64,000 bases of DNA from Acidobacteriota bacterium (GCA_016191015.1 JACPPM010000301.1:5472-69471); one strand, 5' to 3'; shown: positions 17,659-29,554, counted from the stretch's first letter. Translations and numbers: made by a program. Notes: generated by a model from the letters alone, not told the origin.

Positions 17659-20600
17659 GTGCTACTGCGCGCTGCGAAAGTCTTCTGTCTCCTCTTCTTG
17701 GTCTTCATCGGCACGCCCTGCTGGGGGCTCGATCCGTCGAAGGCCTTGACACAGTACCGGCATGATGTCTGGCAGACCCGCGACGGGCTGCCCCAGAGCA
17801 GCGTCGAGTCGATGGTGCAGACCCGGACCGGGTATCTGTGGCTCGGCACGCAGGAGGGGCTCGCTCGTTTCGATGGCGTTCGATTCGCGGTGTATGACAA
17901 GAGCAACACCAAGGCCATTCGGCACAATCGCATCCTCGCTCTCCTCGAGGACCGCCGAGGGTCACTCTGGATTGGAACGGAAGGCGGAGGCCTTGTCGAG
18001 CTCAGCGACGGGCTTTTCCGCAACTTCTCCAAGAGTGAGGGGTTGCCCGACGAGCGCGTATTAGCGCTGGCGGAGGATCATGATGGCAGGCTCTGGGTGG
18101 GCACCGGCAGCGGGCTTGCGTGCTACCGGGACGGTACGGTCGACGCGGGAAGGAGCGTGCCGGAGCTCATCGGCACGCCCATCGAGTCGCTGGCGGTCGC
18201 CGCAAATGGGAAGCTCTGGATCGGCACGGCAGGACGTGGGCTCTTTCGTTACGATCATGCGCAGGTCGAGCGGGTGGGGCCCGATGGAGAGGCTCAGAGC
18301 ACGGTCGCCAAGGTCTTCTGCGACGCGGACGGGAGCGTCTGGTTCGCCTCGAATGCGCGTCTCTATCGCCTCCAAGAGGGACCGAGCGCGCGGGTTGATG
18401 AGCAGTCGTGGGCCCGCTGGGGGAGCATCGGCGAAATCTACCGGGACCGCCAAGGCTCTCTCTGGGTTGGAACCGACGCCGGCGTTGTGAGGTTTCGGGA
18501 TGGTCGTGTGGAGTCCTACTCGGTCAAGGACGGTCTCTCCAACGACGTCATCCACTGCATTCTCGAAGACCACGAAGGCAGCCTCTGGATCGGTACGATG
18601 GACGGCGGCTTGAACAGATTCGCAGACGGTGCCTTCACGACGTACTCGACGGCTGAAGGGCTCTCCCACGACATCGTCAGTCCGATCTATCAGGATCGGG
18701 AAGGGCGCATCTGGATCGGGACGCGCGGAGGCGGCGTCAACTGCTATGCACGCGAGGGATTCACGACCTACACAGCGAGGGACGGGCTGGCCGACGACTT
18801 CGTCCAAGCCATCGTCCAGGATCGCGAGGGGACACTGTGGTTCGGCACGAAACGCGGCGGCCTTTGCAGCCTCCGCGAAGGCAGGTTCAAAACCTACACC
18901 GATCGCGACGGTCTTCCGATCGCATCCGTGCGCGCGCTCTTCGAGGATCGGCGCGGCGATCTTTGGGTTGGGACTCTGAACCACGGCCTCGCCCGATTTC
19001 GGGACGGCGGATTCCAGTTGTTCACGACGAAGGACGGCCTGACCAACAACACCGTCTTTTTCATCCTCGAAGACCATGAGGGTACCGTCTGGTTCGCCAC
19101 CAACGGCGGCGGTCTCAACTACTACCGCGACGGCCGATTCGGCGCGATCACGACGAAAGAGGGTCTCTCGATCGACATCGTCAACACACTCCATGAAGAC
19201 GCCGCCGGCACACTGTGGATCGGAACATATGGCGGCGGGCTCAACCGGCTGACGCACGGGCGCCTGTCCTCCTACACGACCCGCGAGGGTCTTTTCGATG
19301 ATGCCGTCTTCCGAATCCTCGAGGACGGCAGCGGCAATCTCTGGATCTCGTGCAACAAAGGAATCTACCGCATCGCGAAGCATCAGTTCGATGAGCTGGA
19401 TCGGGGCGGGAGGCGTTTGCTCGAACCCGCCGCGTTTGGCGTCGTTGACGGGATGAAAAACCGTGAATGCAACGGTGCCGATCAGCCGACCGGCTGGAAG
19501 ATGCGCGACGGGACGCTCTGGTTCCCGACCATCCAAGGTGCCGTGATGGTCGACCCCGCGCATCTGCCCACGAACACGCTTCCCCCGGCGGTTGTCATCG
19601 AGGAGCTGCGCGTGGACGACCGCGTTGCCGGCATCGCCGCAACCCCGGAAATCCCTCCCGGGGCTCAGAGGGTCGACATCCAGTACGCGGGGCTGAGCTT
19701 CCGGGTGCCGGCGAGGGTTCGTTTCCGCTACAAACTCGAAGGGTTCGACGGCGACTGGGTCGATGCGGGCGCACGGCGGACTGCCTACTACACGCGCCTG
19801 CCACCGGGCTCATACCGGTTTCGCGTTCAGGCCTGCAACGATAGTGGTGTCTGGAACACGGTCGGTGCCACGCTCGGCCTCGTGATCATTCCCCACATCT
19901 ATCAGAGGCCGTTATTCTACTTCGCGCTCATGGCGGTCGCTGCCATCCTCGTGATTTCTATCCATCGCCTACGGGTACAGCGGCTGAAGAGACGCGAACG
20001 AGAGCTCGTCGAGATCGTTGAACAGCGAACGCAGAGTCTGCGGCTGGAGATGGAGAGGACCGCCCGGGCGCTCCGCGAGGCGGAGGAGCAGCGGGAAATC
20101 GCACATGCGGCCAAGACCGAGGCCGAAGCGGCCAACCGGATCAAGAGCTGGTTTGTGGCGAACACGAGCCATGAGCTGCGCACGCCGATCAACTCGGTCC
20201 TCGGCTATAGCGAGATGCTGATAGAGGAGGCCGAGGAGAGCGGGAATCTCGTCGCCATCCCTGACCTGAGAAAGATCCACGCCGCCGGGCGACATCTTCT
20301 CGGGTTGATCAACGACATCCTGGACCTTTCGAAGATCGAGGCCGGCAAGCTGGACCTGCAACTCGACACTTTTGACCTGGGCGCGTTGGTCGAAGAGGTC
20401 GCTGCGAGTGTGCGGCCGCTCATCGAGAAAAACGGCAACGCGCTTGCCGCCGATGGAACTGATGTGGCCGGATCGATCTGCGCCGACCCCGCTCGCGCCC
20501 GCCAGATCCTGTTGAACCTCTTGAGCAACGCGGCGAAGTTCACGCGTGACGGGGAGGTGCGTCTCGAGGTGAGGCGCGAGACGGATCGCGTGTTGATGCG

Positions 20601-20871
20601 TGTCATCGATACGGGCATTGGAATGACGTCCGATCAAATCGCGCGGCTCTTCCAGGCGTACACTCAAGCTGGCGCAGATACGAGCCGCAAGTACGGCGGC
20701 ACCGGCCTCGGGCTCGTCATCAGCAGGCGTCTCGCCCAAATGATGGGCGGCGAGATCTCGGTGGAAAGCGCGCCGGGCAAAGGCTCCACGTTCACCCTGA
20801 CGCTCCCGGCGCGAACACCGGCGGGCGAAAAGGAGGATCGCGGTGGCTCGAGGATGGCCGCTGCACAGTAG
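17659..20871 (+). CDS. Hybrid sensor histidine kinase with periplasmic two-component-regulator propeller repeats and a Y_Y_Y domain, one TM segment, HisKA and HATPase_c
   Basis: About 14 Reg_prop repeats (GxLWIGTxxGGL); a TM helix near aa 750; H-box [10 protein letters not shown]; a G-box ATPase domain. Confidence 0.85.
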   Translation: MLLRAAKVFCLLFLVFIGTPCWGLDPSKALTQYRHDVWQTRDGLPQSSVESMVQTRTGYLWLGTQEGLARFDGVRFAVYDKSNTKAIRHNRILALLEDRRGSLWIGTEGGGLVELSDGLFRNFSKSEGLPDERVLALAEDHDGRLWVGTGSGLACYRDGTVDAGRSVPELIGTPIESLAVAANGKLWIGTAGRGLFRYDHAQVERVGPDGEAQSTVAKVFCDADGSVWFASNARLYRLQEGPSARVDEQSWARWGSIGEIYRDRQGSLWVGTDAGVVRFRDGRVESYSVKDGLSNDVIHCILEDHEGSLWIGTMDGGLNRFADGAFTTYSTAEGLSHDIVSPIYQDREGRIWIGTRGGGVNCYAREGFTTYTARDGLADDFVQAIVQDREGTLWFGTKRGGLCSLREGRFKTYTDRDGLPIASVRALFEDRRGDLWVGTLNHGLARFRDGGFQLFTTKDGLTNNTVFFILEDHEGTVWFATNGGGLNYYRDGRFGAITTKEGLSIDIVNTLHEDAAGTLWIGTYGGGLNRLTHGRLSSYTTREGLFDDAVFRILEDGSGNLWISCNKGIYRIAKHQFDELDRGGRRLLEPAAFGVVDGMKNRECNGADQPTGWKMRDGTLWFPTIQGAVMVDPAHLPTNTLPPAVVIEELRVDDRVAGIAATPEIPPGAQRVDIQYAGLSFRVPARVRFRYKLEGFDGDWVDAGARRTAYYTRLPPGSYRFRVQACNDSGVWNTVGATLGLVIIPHIYQRPLFYFALMAVAAILVISIHRLRVQRLKRRERELVEIVEQRTQSLRLEMERTARALREAEEQREIAHAAKTEAEAANRIKSWFVANTSHELRTPINSVLGYSEMLIEEAEESGNLVAIPDLRKIHAAGRHLLGLINDILDLSKIEAGKLDLQLDTFDLGALVEEVAASVRPLIEKNGNALAADGTDVAGSICADPARARQILLNLLSNAAKFTRDGEVRLEVRRETDRVLMRVIDTGIGMTSDQIARLFQAYTQAGADTSRKYGGTGLGLVISRRLAQMMGGEISVESAPGKGSTFTLTLPARTPAGEKEDRGGSRMAAAQ

Positions 20872-21065
20872 TCCACACTAGTCCGGAGGCGCACCGCCGC
20901 GCACGCAGGTCCCATCCTCACTACCACCAAGTCACCATGGCACCAAGAAACTACCAAGGGGTTTCTCTCCCTCATTCGTGCCCCTTGATGTCTTCGTGGT
21001 CCGGACGTCAGCTCCGGCATCCAGACGGTTGAGATGACCTGGGCCAGGAATGAGCGAGAAGGCAC

Positions 21066-22328
21066 CTATTGGCCGGGCCTGAGCACCTGGCGTATCGCGT
21101 CCAGCCGGGTCGTCCCTTCAGAGTGAGTGGGCACGATCCAACCCCCTTCCGAGAGCTCGTTCCACGCATACATGATGATCGTGCTGGCCTCAGCGGATGC
21201 AGGATTGCCCCTGATCCACTGTACGCCTTCGCCCAGGTGCGTCGCTATCTGCTCGGCGGTCGCGTACTCCACAACAGGGCCTGAGGTATACCCGCCATAT
21301 CCCCAGACATCATCCCGATGCGGTCTCGGATCCCAGCCGGCGCTCACGGTAGGGATCGCTTTGAGTCCCGCATCTCGAAAGCTATTCCACAGTGCGCTGT
21401 CTGCCTGCGCCAAGGCATCATAGGGGAACCAAGTATAGTTGTCCGGGTCCTCGTAGCCCCCGGGAATCGGGCTCGTATAGGACGTCACCGCATTCACACC
21501 GAGCTCCGCGACAGCCCGTTCCCCCTCATCGGCTGACCAGACCAACGCGGCGATGTACGGGTTCTTCATCCCGGCGCGTCGCGCCTTCTTGCGAAAATCG
21601 TCCAACATCTGCCGCAGCTTCCGCCAACTGCCCAAGATCTTTTCCGGATCTTCTCCCGCCAGCCAGAAGAACACGAGTGGCCTGCGTCTCATGACCCTCT
21701 GGTAGGACGGTTCCTGCATCTGGCCTATTGCCTCCTGCACTTCGAAGTCCCAGTTGTGCTGGCCGAAGTAGTAGTCACCGGACCCCGGCATCCCCATCAT
21801 CAGCGAAAACTTCACCTTGGACTTGAGCTGGCTGGAGAGGTAGTACTTCCGACTGCGGTTCATGTCCTCTGCCTTCCACCCGTTTGTGGGGTCGACCAGC
21901 GGATTGCCTTGTGGGTCCCGAAGGACGTACATGTTGAAGATCCAGAAATCGATGCCACCCGCGGCCGCATACGCGATCTCCTGATCCATGACCTCCTGAG
22001 AATCGGAGAAGGCCTCGAGCTGTCCGTCCGCGAGCGTCCTGGCATAGAAGGGATGGCGGTAGCGCCACTCATCGGGTGCCAGGACTGAAACGTACGGAGA
22101 GCCGCGGTACCAACCGTCCCAGCGGATCGCCCCCACAAGAGCGTTTCCCTTCTTCACCGGTACACCTGCGTGGCGGGGGGCGGCGGTCTCGAGATGTGGA
22201 CAGCGGTCACCCGACCCGCTGCGATCCCGGGCCACGCTAGCCGATGCATGCCCGCTCGCGAAGACGGGCTCGATGGGCGGCGCGAAGGCGATCGCGATTG
22301 AGAGCGAGAGTGGGGCGCAGGGTTTCAT
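21066..22328 (-). CDS. Secreted glycoside-hydrolase-like protein (family not assignable by eye)
   Basis: Signal peptide MKPCAPLSLSIAIAFA with a GGAGG SD. Trp/Tyr-rich TIM-barrel-like composition. Start trimmed from 22937 to 22328. A paralogous C-terminal remnant lies at 27230-27484. Confidence 0.65.
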   Translation of the reverse strand: MKPCAPLSLSIAIAFAPPIEPVFASGHASASVARDRSGSGDRCPHLETAAPRHAGVPVKKGNALVGAIRWDGWYRGSPYVSVLAPDEWRYRHPFYARTLADGQLEAFSDSQEVMDQEIAYAAAGGIDFWIFNMYVLRDPQGNPLVDPTNGWKAEDMNRSRKYYLSSQLKSKVKFSLMMGMPGSGDYYFGQHNWDFEVQEAIGQMQEPSYQRVMRRRPLVFFWLAGEDPEKILGSWRKLRQMLDDFRKKARRAGMKNPYIAALVWSADEGERAVAELGVNAVTSYTSPIPGGYEDPDNYTWFPYDALAQADSALWNSFRDAGLKAIPTVSAGWDPRPHRDDVWGYGGYTSGPVVEYATAEQIATHLGEGVQWIRGNPASAEASTIIMYAWNELSEGGWIVPTHSEGTTRLDAIRQVLRPGQ

Positions 22329-22617
22329 CCTATCCTCCTTGGTGGTACGTCGTACTGAGTCATATCTGCCATTCCCGAATACAGAGGGTGCACAACCCAT
22401 GCCAGCGGCCGAATCGACCCCATCTGCATGCCAACTCTCGCGGTTCCGGCGATGCGACGGGAGTCCGAATTCGAATTTCAGAGAGTCGAGATCGAAAGCC
22501 GTATGGTGTCGCAGAATTTCCTCACTCGCGCTGGCGTCTCTACCATCCGGCACGTTCATGCCCGCTTTGCCAGCATGAGCCCGCTTTGCTAGTATTGCGC
22601 CCTTCGGTGGAGGGAGG

Positions 22618-23490
22618 ATGGAGGAGTCGCGGGCGATCGGAGCAGCGCGTGAGGTGCCGCGTGCAATTGATGTTGCCAACTTCGTGCGCCTGGAACACAC
22701 GCTTTTCTCTCTGCCCCTGTTGTTTGCGGGGGCGCTGCTGGCTGAACAGGCCTGGCCATCGGTGCGGACTTCACTCCTGATCGTCGCCGCAGGGACCGGC
22801 GCTCGCACCGCCGCCCTCGCCCTGAACCGCATCATCGACCGCCGGATCGACGCGGCCAATCCGCGGACTCGCGTGCGCGAGCTGCCGGCCGGGAAACTGA
22901 AGATCGGGCAGGCGTGGGGCGTCTGCGTCGCGGGCATCGCTCTCTACCTCGCCTCCGCGGGCTTGCTCGGGCGCCTGACCCTCCTCCTCTCCCCAATCCC
23001 CCTCATCGTCTTCACCTGCTACCCGTATCTGAAGCGATTCACGACCCTCGCTCACTTCGGCGTCGGTCTCGGCCTGGCCCTGGCTCCTCTCGGCGCCTGG
23101 GTTGCAGTGACGCAGCGGATCCTGCCAGACCTGCCTATCGGGTTGCTCACGCTGTTTACACTCCTGTGGGTCGCAGGATTTGACATCATCTATGCCACGC
23201 TCGACATCGAGTTCGACCGCAGCCATGGGCTTCACTCGATACCCGCGCGCATCGGATCAAAAGCCTTGTTGATCGCGGCCTTTCTGCACCTGCTCGCCCT
23301 GCTGTGCCTGCTCGCTCTCGCGATGACCTCTCTGGACGGCTTCTATCGCTACTACGCGCTGGGCGCCGTTGGTGTGCTTTTCGCCGTCGAGCACTTCTTC
23401 TCCCGTAAGGTCAACTTCGCATTCTTCCACGTCAATTCGGTATTAGGATTCTTCGTTCTCCTGTTCATTGTCGCGGGGGTGCAACGGTGA
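22618..23490 (+). CDS. UbiA-family polyprenyltransferase (MqnP-like, late futalosine pathway)
   Basis: About 8 TM helices; NRIIDRRIDAANPRT and a second Asp-rich motif; sits immediately upstream of the UbiX- and UbiD-like genes. Confidence 0.75.
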   Translation: MEESRAIGAAREVPRAIDVANFVRLEHTLFSLPLLFAGALLAEQAWPSVRTSLLIVAAGTGARTAALALNRIIDRRIDAANPRTRVRELPAGKLKIGQAWGVCVAGIALYLASAGLLGRLTLLLSPIPLIVFTCYPYLKRFTTLAHFGVGLGLALAPLGAWVAVTQRILPDLPIGLLTLFTLLWVAGFDIIYATLDIEFDRSHGLHSIPARIGSKALLIAAFLHLLALLCLLALAMTSLDGFYRYYALGAVGVLFAVEHFFSRKVNFAFFHVNSVLGFFVLLFIVAGVQR

Positions 23491-24038
23491 GGGTCCTCGT
23501 CGGTGTGACAGGGGCGTCGGGGGCACCGTATGCTCTGGAATTCCTGAAGCGCTGCCACGAGGAGAAATACGTCGTCTTCAGCCGCTGGGGGCGGGAGGTG
23601 TTCTTCGAGGAGACCGAGATCAAGCCATCCGATTTGGACCCGCTCGTTTCCAAGATCTTCAGAGACGAGGATCTGCGCGCGCCGTTTTCGTCGGGCAGCA
23701 ACTTTTTCGATGCCTACGTCATCATCCCTTGCTCGACCTCTACGTTAGGCAAGATCGCGGCCGGTTTCGGCGACACGCTGATCACGCGGTGCGCGCAGGT
23801 GGCCATGAAGGAACGGCGCAGGATGGTCCTCTGTGTTCGCGAAACCCCGATGTCCAGCCTGCAGCTCGAGAACGCGCTCGAGCTCTCCCGGAACGGAGTC
23901 ATCATCATGCCTGCCTCTCCGCCCTTCTATTCGAAGCCCAAGGACAAGGATGAGCTGATTGGCGGGTACGTCGAGCGCGTCTGTCAGGTCCTGGGGCTCC
24001 CTTCGAACTACCACTATCGCGAGGAAGAGCTCGATTGA
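23487..24038 (+). CDS. UbiX-family flavin prenyltransferase (MqnL-like)
   Basis: MRVLVGVTGASGAPYALEFL N-terminus; 4-bp overlap with both flanking genes. Confidence 0.85.
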   Translation: MRVLVGVTGASGAPYALEFLKRCHEEKYVVFSRWGREVFFEETEIKPSDLDPLVSKIFRDEDLRAPFSSGSNFFDAYVIIPCSTSTLGKIAAGFGDTLITRCAQVAMKERRRMVLCVRETPMSSLQLENALELSRNGVIIMPASPPFYSKPKDKDELIGGYVERVCQVLGLPSNYHYREEELD

Positions 24039-25804
24039 GCACGCAGCCCCCTTACGAAAGCTTGAGAGAATTCGTCGCGACGCTCAAGCGGGAGGGTGAG
24101 CTCGTCGAAGTCAGCACTCCCGTCGATCCGGCTCTCGAGGCCGGTGAGATTTCGATGCGGGTGGTCAGAGAGGGCGGACCGGCACTGCTTTTCAGGAACC
24201 CTTCCGGAGCGGCGTGTCCACTGCTCACGAACCTGTTCGGAACGAGTCGGAGGATCGAGCTGGCGCTCGGTGAGGCACCGGCGGCATTGGGCGCCAGGCT
24301 CCTCGAGTTCCTCGAGGCTCTGCAGCCGCCGACGATCAAGGCGCTGATCGCGCGCCGCAAGCTCGGGATGCGCCTCCTAGCCGCGAGAACCCGGGTCGCC
24401 TCCGAGAATCAGGACTTCGTCTACGAAGACCCCGATCTCGCACGACTCCCGATCCTCACGTGCTGGCCCGAAGATGGCGGCCGCTTCGTTACGTTCCCGC
24501 TCGTTCTGACACATCATCCCCACACGGGCCGGCGCAATCTCGGCATCTACCGGATGCACGTCTTCGACCGCGCCACCACCGGTATGCACTGGCAGATCGA
24601 GAAGGGGGGCGGATTTCACTACGCGGCAGCGGAGCGTGATGGGCGGAGCCTGCCCGTGGCGGTTGTCATCGGGGCCGATCCCGCGGTCATGCTCTCCGGC
24701 GTCTTTCCTCTGCCTGAAAACGTCGACGAGCTCGCTTTCGCCGCCTTCCTCAGAGGCAAGCCGCTCAGGCTGGCGAAATCACCATCCTTCCCGCATCCGT
24801 ATCCGCTCGAGGCCGAGCTCGTGCTCGAGGGCGAGGTGGCTCCGCGAGAGCGCCGGATGGAGGGGCCGTTCGGTGACCATTTCGGGCACTACTCGGGCGC
24901 GGCTGAATTCCCGGTCTTCCGCGTGAATCGTGTGCGGAGGCGCAGGGATGCAGTCTTCGTTGCGACGATCGTCGGGAAGCCGCCGCAGGAGGACAAATAC
25001 CTGGGGATGGCAGTGAACGAAATGATGGCCCCGCTTGTGCGGCTTGTTCACCCTGAGGTCAGCGATCTGTGGGCGTATCCGGGCGCTGGCTTCCACAATC
25101 TGGCCGCGGTGGCGGTGGGCGAGCGGTACCACAAGGAAGCCATCAAGACGGCGCTGGGGTTGATGGGGCAGGGACAGATGAGTCTGACCAAGTGCATGGT
25201 GCTGGTCGGGGAGGGCGTGAATGTCAGATCCTTTCCCGCGCTGCTCAGGGAGATGCGGCACTATTTCGATCCCGCGCGGGATTTCATTCTTCTCAAGACG
25301 ACGCCATACGACACGCTGGACTTCTCCAGCTTCGAGATGAACCTGGGAAGCAAGATGATTGTCGACGCGACGCCGGGACCGAAGGTTTCGGTGAACGGCG
25401 CGGGGCCGGCCGCGTTTCCGGGGGCGATCGAAGAGCGGTTCATTGAAGACATGCTATTCGTTGTGAAAGTGCGCGACAGGGATGCGGCAGTGGCAGCCCT
25501 GCCGGGCTACCTCAAAAGTGGTCGCGGAACTGCTAGAATCGTTGCCTTGGTTGGAACGGACACGGATCTGGCTGATGAGGAAAACCTGCTCTGGGGCATC
25601 TTCACCAGGTTCGAGCCGGCCAGGGACGTGTACTTCGAGGAGATCGAGATGAGAGGGGTAGCGCCGGTTTACCGAGGCGGGATGGGAATTGACGCGACCT
25701 GGAAGCCAGGCTATCCGAAGCCGTTGTCGATGGACGAGGAGATCGTCCGGAAGGTGGACCGGAGATGGAACGAATACGCAATCGAGTCACGGACCCGGCG
25801 CTGA
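24035..25804 (+). CDS. UbiD-family prFMN-dependent decarboxylase (MqnM-like)
   Basis: Full-length UbiD-like protein, about 590 aa. Confidence 0.85.
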   Translation: MSTQPPYESLREFVATLKREGELVEVSTPVDPALEAGEISMRVVREGGPALLFRNPSGAACPLLTNLFGTSRRIELALGEAPAALGARLLEFLEALQPPTIKALIARRKLGMRLLAARTRVASENQDFVYEDPDLARLPILTCWPEDGGRFVTFPLVLTHHPHTGRRNLGIYRMHVFDRATTGMHWQIEKGGGFHYAAAERDGRSLPVAVVIGADPAVMLSGVFPLPENVDELAFAAFLRGKPLRLAKSPSFPHPYPLEAELVLEGEVAPRERRMEGPFGDHFGHYSGAAEFPVFRVNRVRRRRDAVFVATIVGKPPQEDKYLGMAVNEMMAPLVRLVHPEVSDLWAYPGAGFHNLAAVAVGERYHKEAIKTALGLMGQGQMSLTKCMVLVGEGVNVRSFPALLREMRHYFDPARDFILLKTTPYDTLDFSSFEMNLGSKMIVDATPGPKVSVNGAGPAAFPGAIEERFIEDMLFVVKVRDRDAAVAALPGYLKSGRGTARIVALVGTDTDLADEENLLWGIFTRFEPARDVYFEEIEMRGVAPVYRGGMGIDATWKPGYPKPLSMDEEIVRKVDRRWNEYAIESRTRR

Positions 25805-26865
25805 AAGGGATCCTGCAAAAGTTGCAGGATGGGCGGCGACTGGACTTCGAAGACGGCATGGCTCTGTTCGCGACGCCGGACTTTCTGGGCCTGGGCGCGA
25901 TGGCGAACGATGTCAAGGAGCAGAAGACTGGGGAGGATGCGTACTTCGTCGTCAATCGCCAGATCAACCCGTCGAATATTTGCGTCCTGAGCTGCAAGTT
26001 CTGCGAGTTCGCGGCGAAGAAGGGCGACTCGAAGGCATACGAGATGAGCCTCGACGAGATCCTCGCGCGGTGCGGCGACGATGTCGCCGAAGTCCATATC
26101 GTCGGCGGGCTGCACCCGGACTGGCCTTTCGACGTGTATCTCGACATCGTCCGCACGATCAGGAAGAATTTTCCGAGGATTCAGATCAAGGCGTACACTG
26201 CTGTCGAAGTGGATTTCTTCTCCCGAATCGCAAAGTTGTCGGTGGAGAAGGTGCTGGAGAGGCTCCGGGAGGCCGGCATGGACACGATGCCGGGCGGAGG
26301 TGCCGAGGTGTTTTCCGAACGCGTGAAGAAGGATCTGTTTCCGCAGAAGATCGGCGCCGAGCCATGGCTGCGGATCCACCGCCTCGCGCACAGGATGGGC
26401 ATCCGGAGCAACGCGACGCTCCTCTATGGTCATATCGAGACCCGCGAAGAACGGGTCCGCCATATGCTCCTCCTGAGAGATCTCCAGGATGAAACCCACG
26501 GCTTCCTCTCATTCATACCGCTCTCCTTCCAGGTTGGCACCACACAGATCGTAGACCGCCCGGCCTCCGCCATGGAGGACCTGCGGACGATCGCAGTCGC
26601 GCGACTCCTGCTCGACAACTTCGTCCACATTAAGGCCTACTGGGTCATGCTCGGCCTGGACGTCACCGCCATGGCCCTCAACTTCGGCGCCGACGATCTG
26701 GACGGCACAATCGGCAAGGAAACGATCGCGCACATGGCCGGGGCCGATTCGCCGGCGGGCCTCACACGCAACTTCCTCGTCGGCATGATCCGCGAAGCGG
26801 GTCGTGTGCCCGTTGTCCGGGATGGGCTCTATAACAAACTTGAAGTTATCGGTTCCGTTGCGTGA
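25765..26865 (+). CDS. Radical-SAM menaquinone biosynthesis enzyme, MqnC/MqnE family (paralog 1)
   Basis: CVLSCKFCEF is a CxxxCxxC cluster. Collinear with the second paralog at 30749-31849. Confidence 0.85.
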   Translation: MERIRNRVTDPALKGILQKLQDGRRLDFEDGMALFATPDFLGLGAMANDVKEQKTGEDAYFVVNRQINPSNICVLSCKFCEFAAKKGDSKAYEMSLDEILARCGDDVAEVHIVGGLHPDWPFDVYLDIVRTIRKNFPRIQIKAYTAVEVDFFSRIAKLSVEKVLERLREAGMDTMPGGGAEVFSERVKKDLFPQKIGAEPWLRIHRLAHRMGIRSNATLLYGHIETREERVRHMLLLRDLQDETHGFLSFIPLSFQVGTTQIVDRPASAMEDLRTIAVARLLLDNFVHIKAYWVMLGLDVTAMALNFGADDLDGTIGKETIAHMAGADSPAGLTRNFLVGMIREAGRVPVVRDGLYNKLEVIGSVA

Positions 26866-26872
26866 TCCTTTT

Positions 26873-26901
26873 CAACGCAAAGGCGCAAAGACGCAAAGAA
26901 G
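26873..26901. repeat. Single-arm CGCAAAG(N) octamer repeat array, 7 bp after the radical-SAM gene stop
   Basis: caacgcaaaggcgcaaagacgcaaagaag; no inverted partner found nearby. Confidence 0.6.
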
Positions 26902-27229
26902 AAAAGCGGATTCCTGCGAGATGGCGGGCGGCAGAGGCCGTGTTCGTCGTCCGCTTGTGGGGGCGTGACGTTTTTTGCACCGTGCGGCCGACCGGCTTGC
27001 TTCCCGATTGAGAGTCGCAGCTCACCGCAGAGCGGTGGGAGTCGACGGGGCGATCGACGCGACGCTCAACGGGACCGAGGCAGACAGGGACATACCGGCA
27101 CGGTTACTCCGTCCAGCATGGCAAAGTCACCGCGCGGCCGCGCCGCGATCGACGCCGACGACACGACCGACACCTTCGCCGAGGGACGCGCCGCCGGCCA
27201 TCAGCTCCAGGCGCTCGTGGCATGTCCGA

Positions 27230-27484
27230 GACACCACAGACTGGGGCTACATGATCCAGAACGCGGGAAACCGGCTGCGATACATAGCCGAGCGTCACAA
27301 GATCGATTCGCGTTGTCGTGAGACAGTACACACGAATTCGAACTACACCTCAATCATTTGGGTGTACGCTTACAACGAATGGGGAGAGGGTGCAGGGATC
27401 GAACAGCTTACGCAGGGAACGCCCAAATTCCCTTACCGTTTCGGCCTCGATATGCTTGATACCCTCAAGAACACACGGCCATGA
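27230..27484 (+). pseudogene. C-terminal remnant of a paralog of the 21066-22328 secreted hydrolase
   Basis: ...TSIIWVYAYNEWGEGAGIE... aligns with STIIMYAWNELSEGGWI near the C-terminus of the full-length gene. No N-terminal catalytic part is present. Confidence 0.4.
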
Positions 27485-28104
27485 GACCACGAGCACTTGG
27501 CCGGTCGGGATCGTACGTTGTGTTGGCGATGACCCTCTGGCTGGCTGGGTGTGAGGACTCACCAACGACTCCGGATCCGCTGCCGACTGGCCTGCCCAAT
27601 GCGAAGATCTTCGACAACCTGCAGCTTGCTCGTCAGTTGGAAGCAAAGCAAAGGACGGACACTATATTCACCGAGATGAGCGGCGACTTCGACTTGGACG
27701 GAACGTGCAGCGAAGGCGGCGGGATCACGTACGAGTTCACTCGCGTTCAGACGTTGGAGAGGTTCGATTGGGCTGTCTACTGCGATGGCCAGATCGAATT
27801 GTATGGACCACTATCACCTGTCGGTTCGATTACTATCATTGACGTCGGTTCGATGATGAAGATCAATAGCGATGAGGCCATCCGGCTGGCAAGGAAGTAC
27901 GGTGGCGAGGCATTCGTAAAGCTCTATCCCGATGCGATCGCTGTCCTTCGCTACTCGATCATGAATGACTACCCGGTCTGCAAGGTCCAGTTCTTCAAGA
28001 TCGGCGTGCGGTGCGAGCCAGAATACTGGCTGCACGCCGGTACCGGGGAGCTCCTACAGAAAGCCGAGGATTGCATCTCGGCCGAGATGGACCAACGCCC
28101 CTGA
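27481..28104 (+). CDS. Hypothetical lipoprotein
   Basis: Lipobox LAGC after an N-terminal signal; lower GC than surroundings. Confidence 0.6.
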   Translation: MRPRALGRSGSYVVLAMTLWLAGCEDSPTTPDPLPTGLPNAKIFDNLQLARQLEAKQRTDTIFTEMSGDFDLDGTCSEGGGITYEFTRVQTLERFDWAVYCDGQIELYGPLSPVGSITIIDVGSMMKINSDEAIRLARKYGGEAFVKLYPDAIAVLRYSIMNDYPVCKVQFFKIGVRCEPEYWLHAGTGELLQKAEDCISAEMDQRP

Positions 28105-28237
28105 TCAGGATGGAGGCGCCGGGGTTCCGCGATAGCACGGAGCCCCGGTGCTCCTGCCCTGTCGGCTCGCCGCTGACGCACGGGGCAGCGCGCCGCAGAG
28201 GACCTTACGCCCGATCACGAGAGAACCCGCGACCGTA

Positions 28238-29512
28238 ATGAGACGGCATTTGATGGATGCGCTAGGCCGAGTAGCCAGTCAGTGGGAGCTCCTTGGGAGT
28301 CAAGATCCCCTGTGGGCAGTTTTGACACACTCGGGGAAGCAAGGTGGTCGTTGGTCGTTGGAGGAGCTCATGGCGACCGGTGTGGAAGAGGTGGACAACA
28401 TCCTTCGAGAGACGGCAGAACTGCGAATCGCCGTGCCGCCCCGGAGAGCCTTGGACTTCGGATGTGGCGTCGGGCGTCTCACACAGGCGCTTTGCCGTCA
28501 CTTCGATCATTGCGACGGGGTCGATGTCGCCACATCCATGATCGCGGCCGCAAGGCGGATCGACGCGTATCCGGACCGCTGCTCCTATCACCTGAACAGG
28601 TCTCCAGACCTGCGGCTCTTCTCTGAGGGAAGCTTCTCTTTCATCTACTCGTCCCTGGTGCTCCAACACATGCATCCCGATCTCGCCTGCCGCTACATAC
28701 GCGAGCTCATCCGGGTTCTCGCCGGCGACGGCGTACTCGTCTTCCAGATCCCGACCGCGGGTCATTCATCGGCCTCGGACGCTCAGACAAGCTCATGCTA
28801 CCCGCACCCGTTACCGGAGTCCGCGCTTCGAGCGACGATAGCAGTATCGATGGCAGCATCGCGCGCATCGGCCGGAGAGCAGGTCTTGATCACCGCAACC
28901 GTGGAGAATTCTGGGACCTGCACATGGCCCTCATCACCATCCTGTAACGCCCGATACCGCATACAGATGGCGAACCGTTGGCTGACCCCACAGGGATGTG
29001 TCTACCAACAGGACGACGGGAGATGCCCTTTGCCGCGGGACCTTGCTCCTAGTGATCGAATCGAGCTGACTCTGCTCGCCACCGCGCCTGGCGCCCAAAT
29101 CTTGGAACTGGACATGGTGCCGGAGGATGTGTGCTGGTTTCAGGCAGTCGGCTCCACGCCTGCTCGTCTGTGGTTCGATGTCCTGACGCCTGGGTCCGTG
29201 AGTACCCCGATCATCCACCCGACACACACGCCGCCTGTGCCCCGTCCGATAATGCGGCGGCCGTTTCGGTACCGCTGGCCACGTACGACGGATCTTCTCG
29301 AAAGGCTGCGGCTATGGGGCTGCCTCCGGTCAGTCAGGGGCTGGTTTCGTAGGGATGTCCGAGCCGGCGTGTCAGTTTCGATGGACATGTGCGAGGTCCC
29401 AAGGTGTACGTCCGAAAACCTGATCAGAGATTGCCATGCCGAACTGCGGGCAGCGCGGACGGAAATCTGGGATGCTGGCATCCACAGCACCCGTTACTGG
29501 GTGACGAAATAA
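28238..29512 (+). CDS. Class I SAM-dependent methyltransferase with a long Cys/Trp-rich C-terminal extension
   Basis: Motif I LDFGCGVGRL and post-I DVATSM. Start chosen at MRRHLMDAL. Confidence 0.65.
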   Translation: MRRHLMDALGRVASQWELLGSQDPLWAVLTHSGKQGGRWSLEELMATGVEEVDNILRETAELRIAVPPRRALDFGCGVGRLTQALCRHFDHCDGVDVATSMIAAARRIDAYPDRCSYHLNRSPDLRLFSEGSFSFIYSSLVLQHMHPDLACRYIRELIRVLAGDGVLVFQIPTAGHSSASDAQTSSCYPHPLPESALRATIAVSMAASRASAGEQVLITATVENSGTCTWPSSPSCNARYRIQMANRWLTPQGCVYQQDDGRCPLPRDLAPSDRIELTLLATAPGAQILELDMVPEDVCWFQAVGSTPARLWFDVLTPGSVSTPIIHPTHTPPVPRPIMRRPFRYRWPRTTDLLERLRLWGCLRSVRGWFRRDVRAGVSVSMDMCEVPRCTSENLIRDCHAELRAARTEIWDAGIHSTRYWVTK

Positions 29513-29554
29513 TCCTGAGTAGGATCACAACCATCGACGGCAGGAACCACTCTG

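Noticed and set aside
18061-20739. Minus-strand ORFs of 500 aa and 256 aa inside the histidine kinase gene
   Set aside because: Shadow frames of a confidently called 1070-aa sensor kinase; no domain features.
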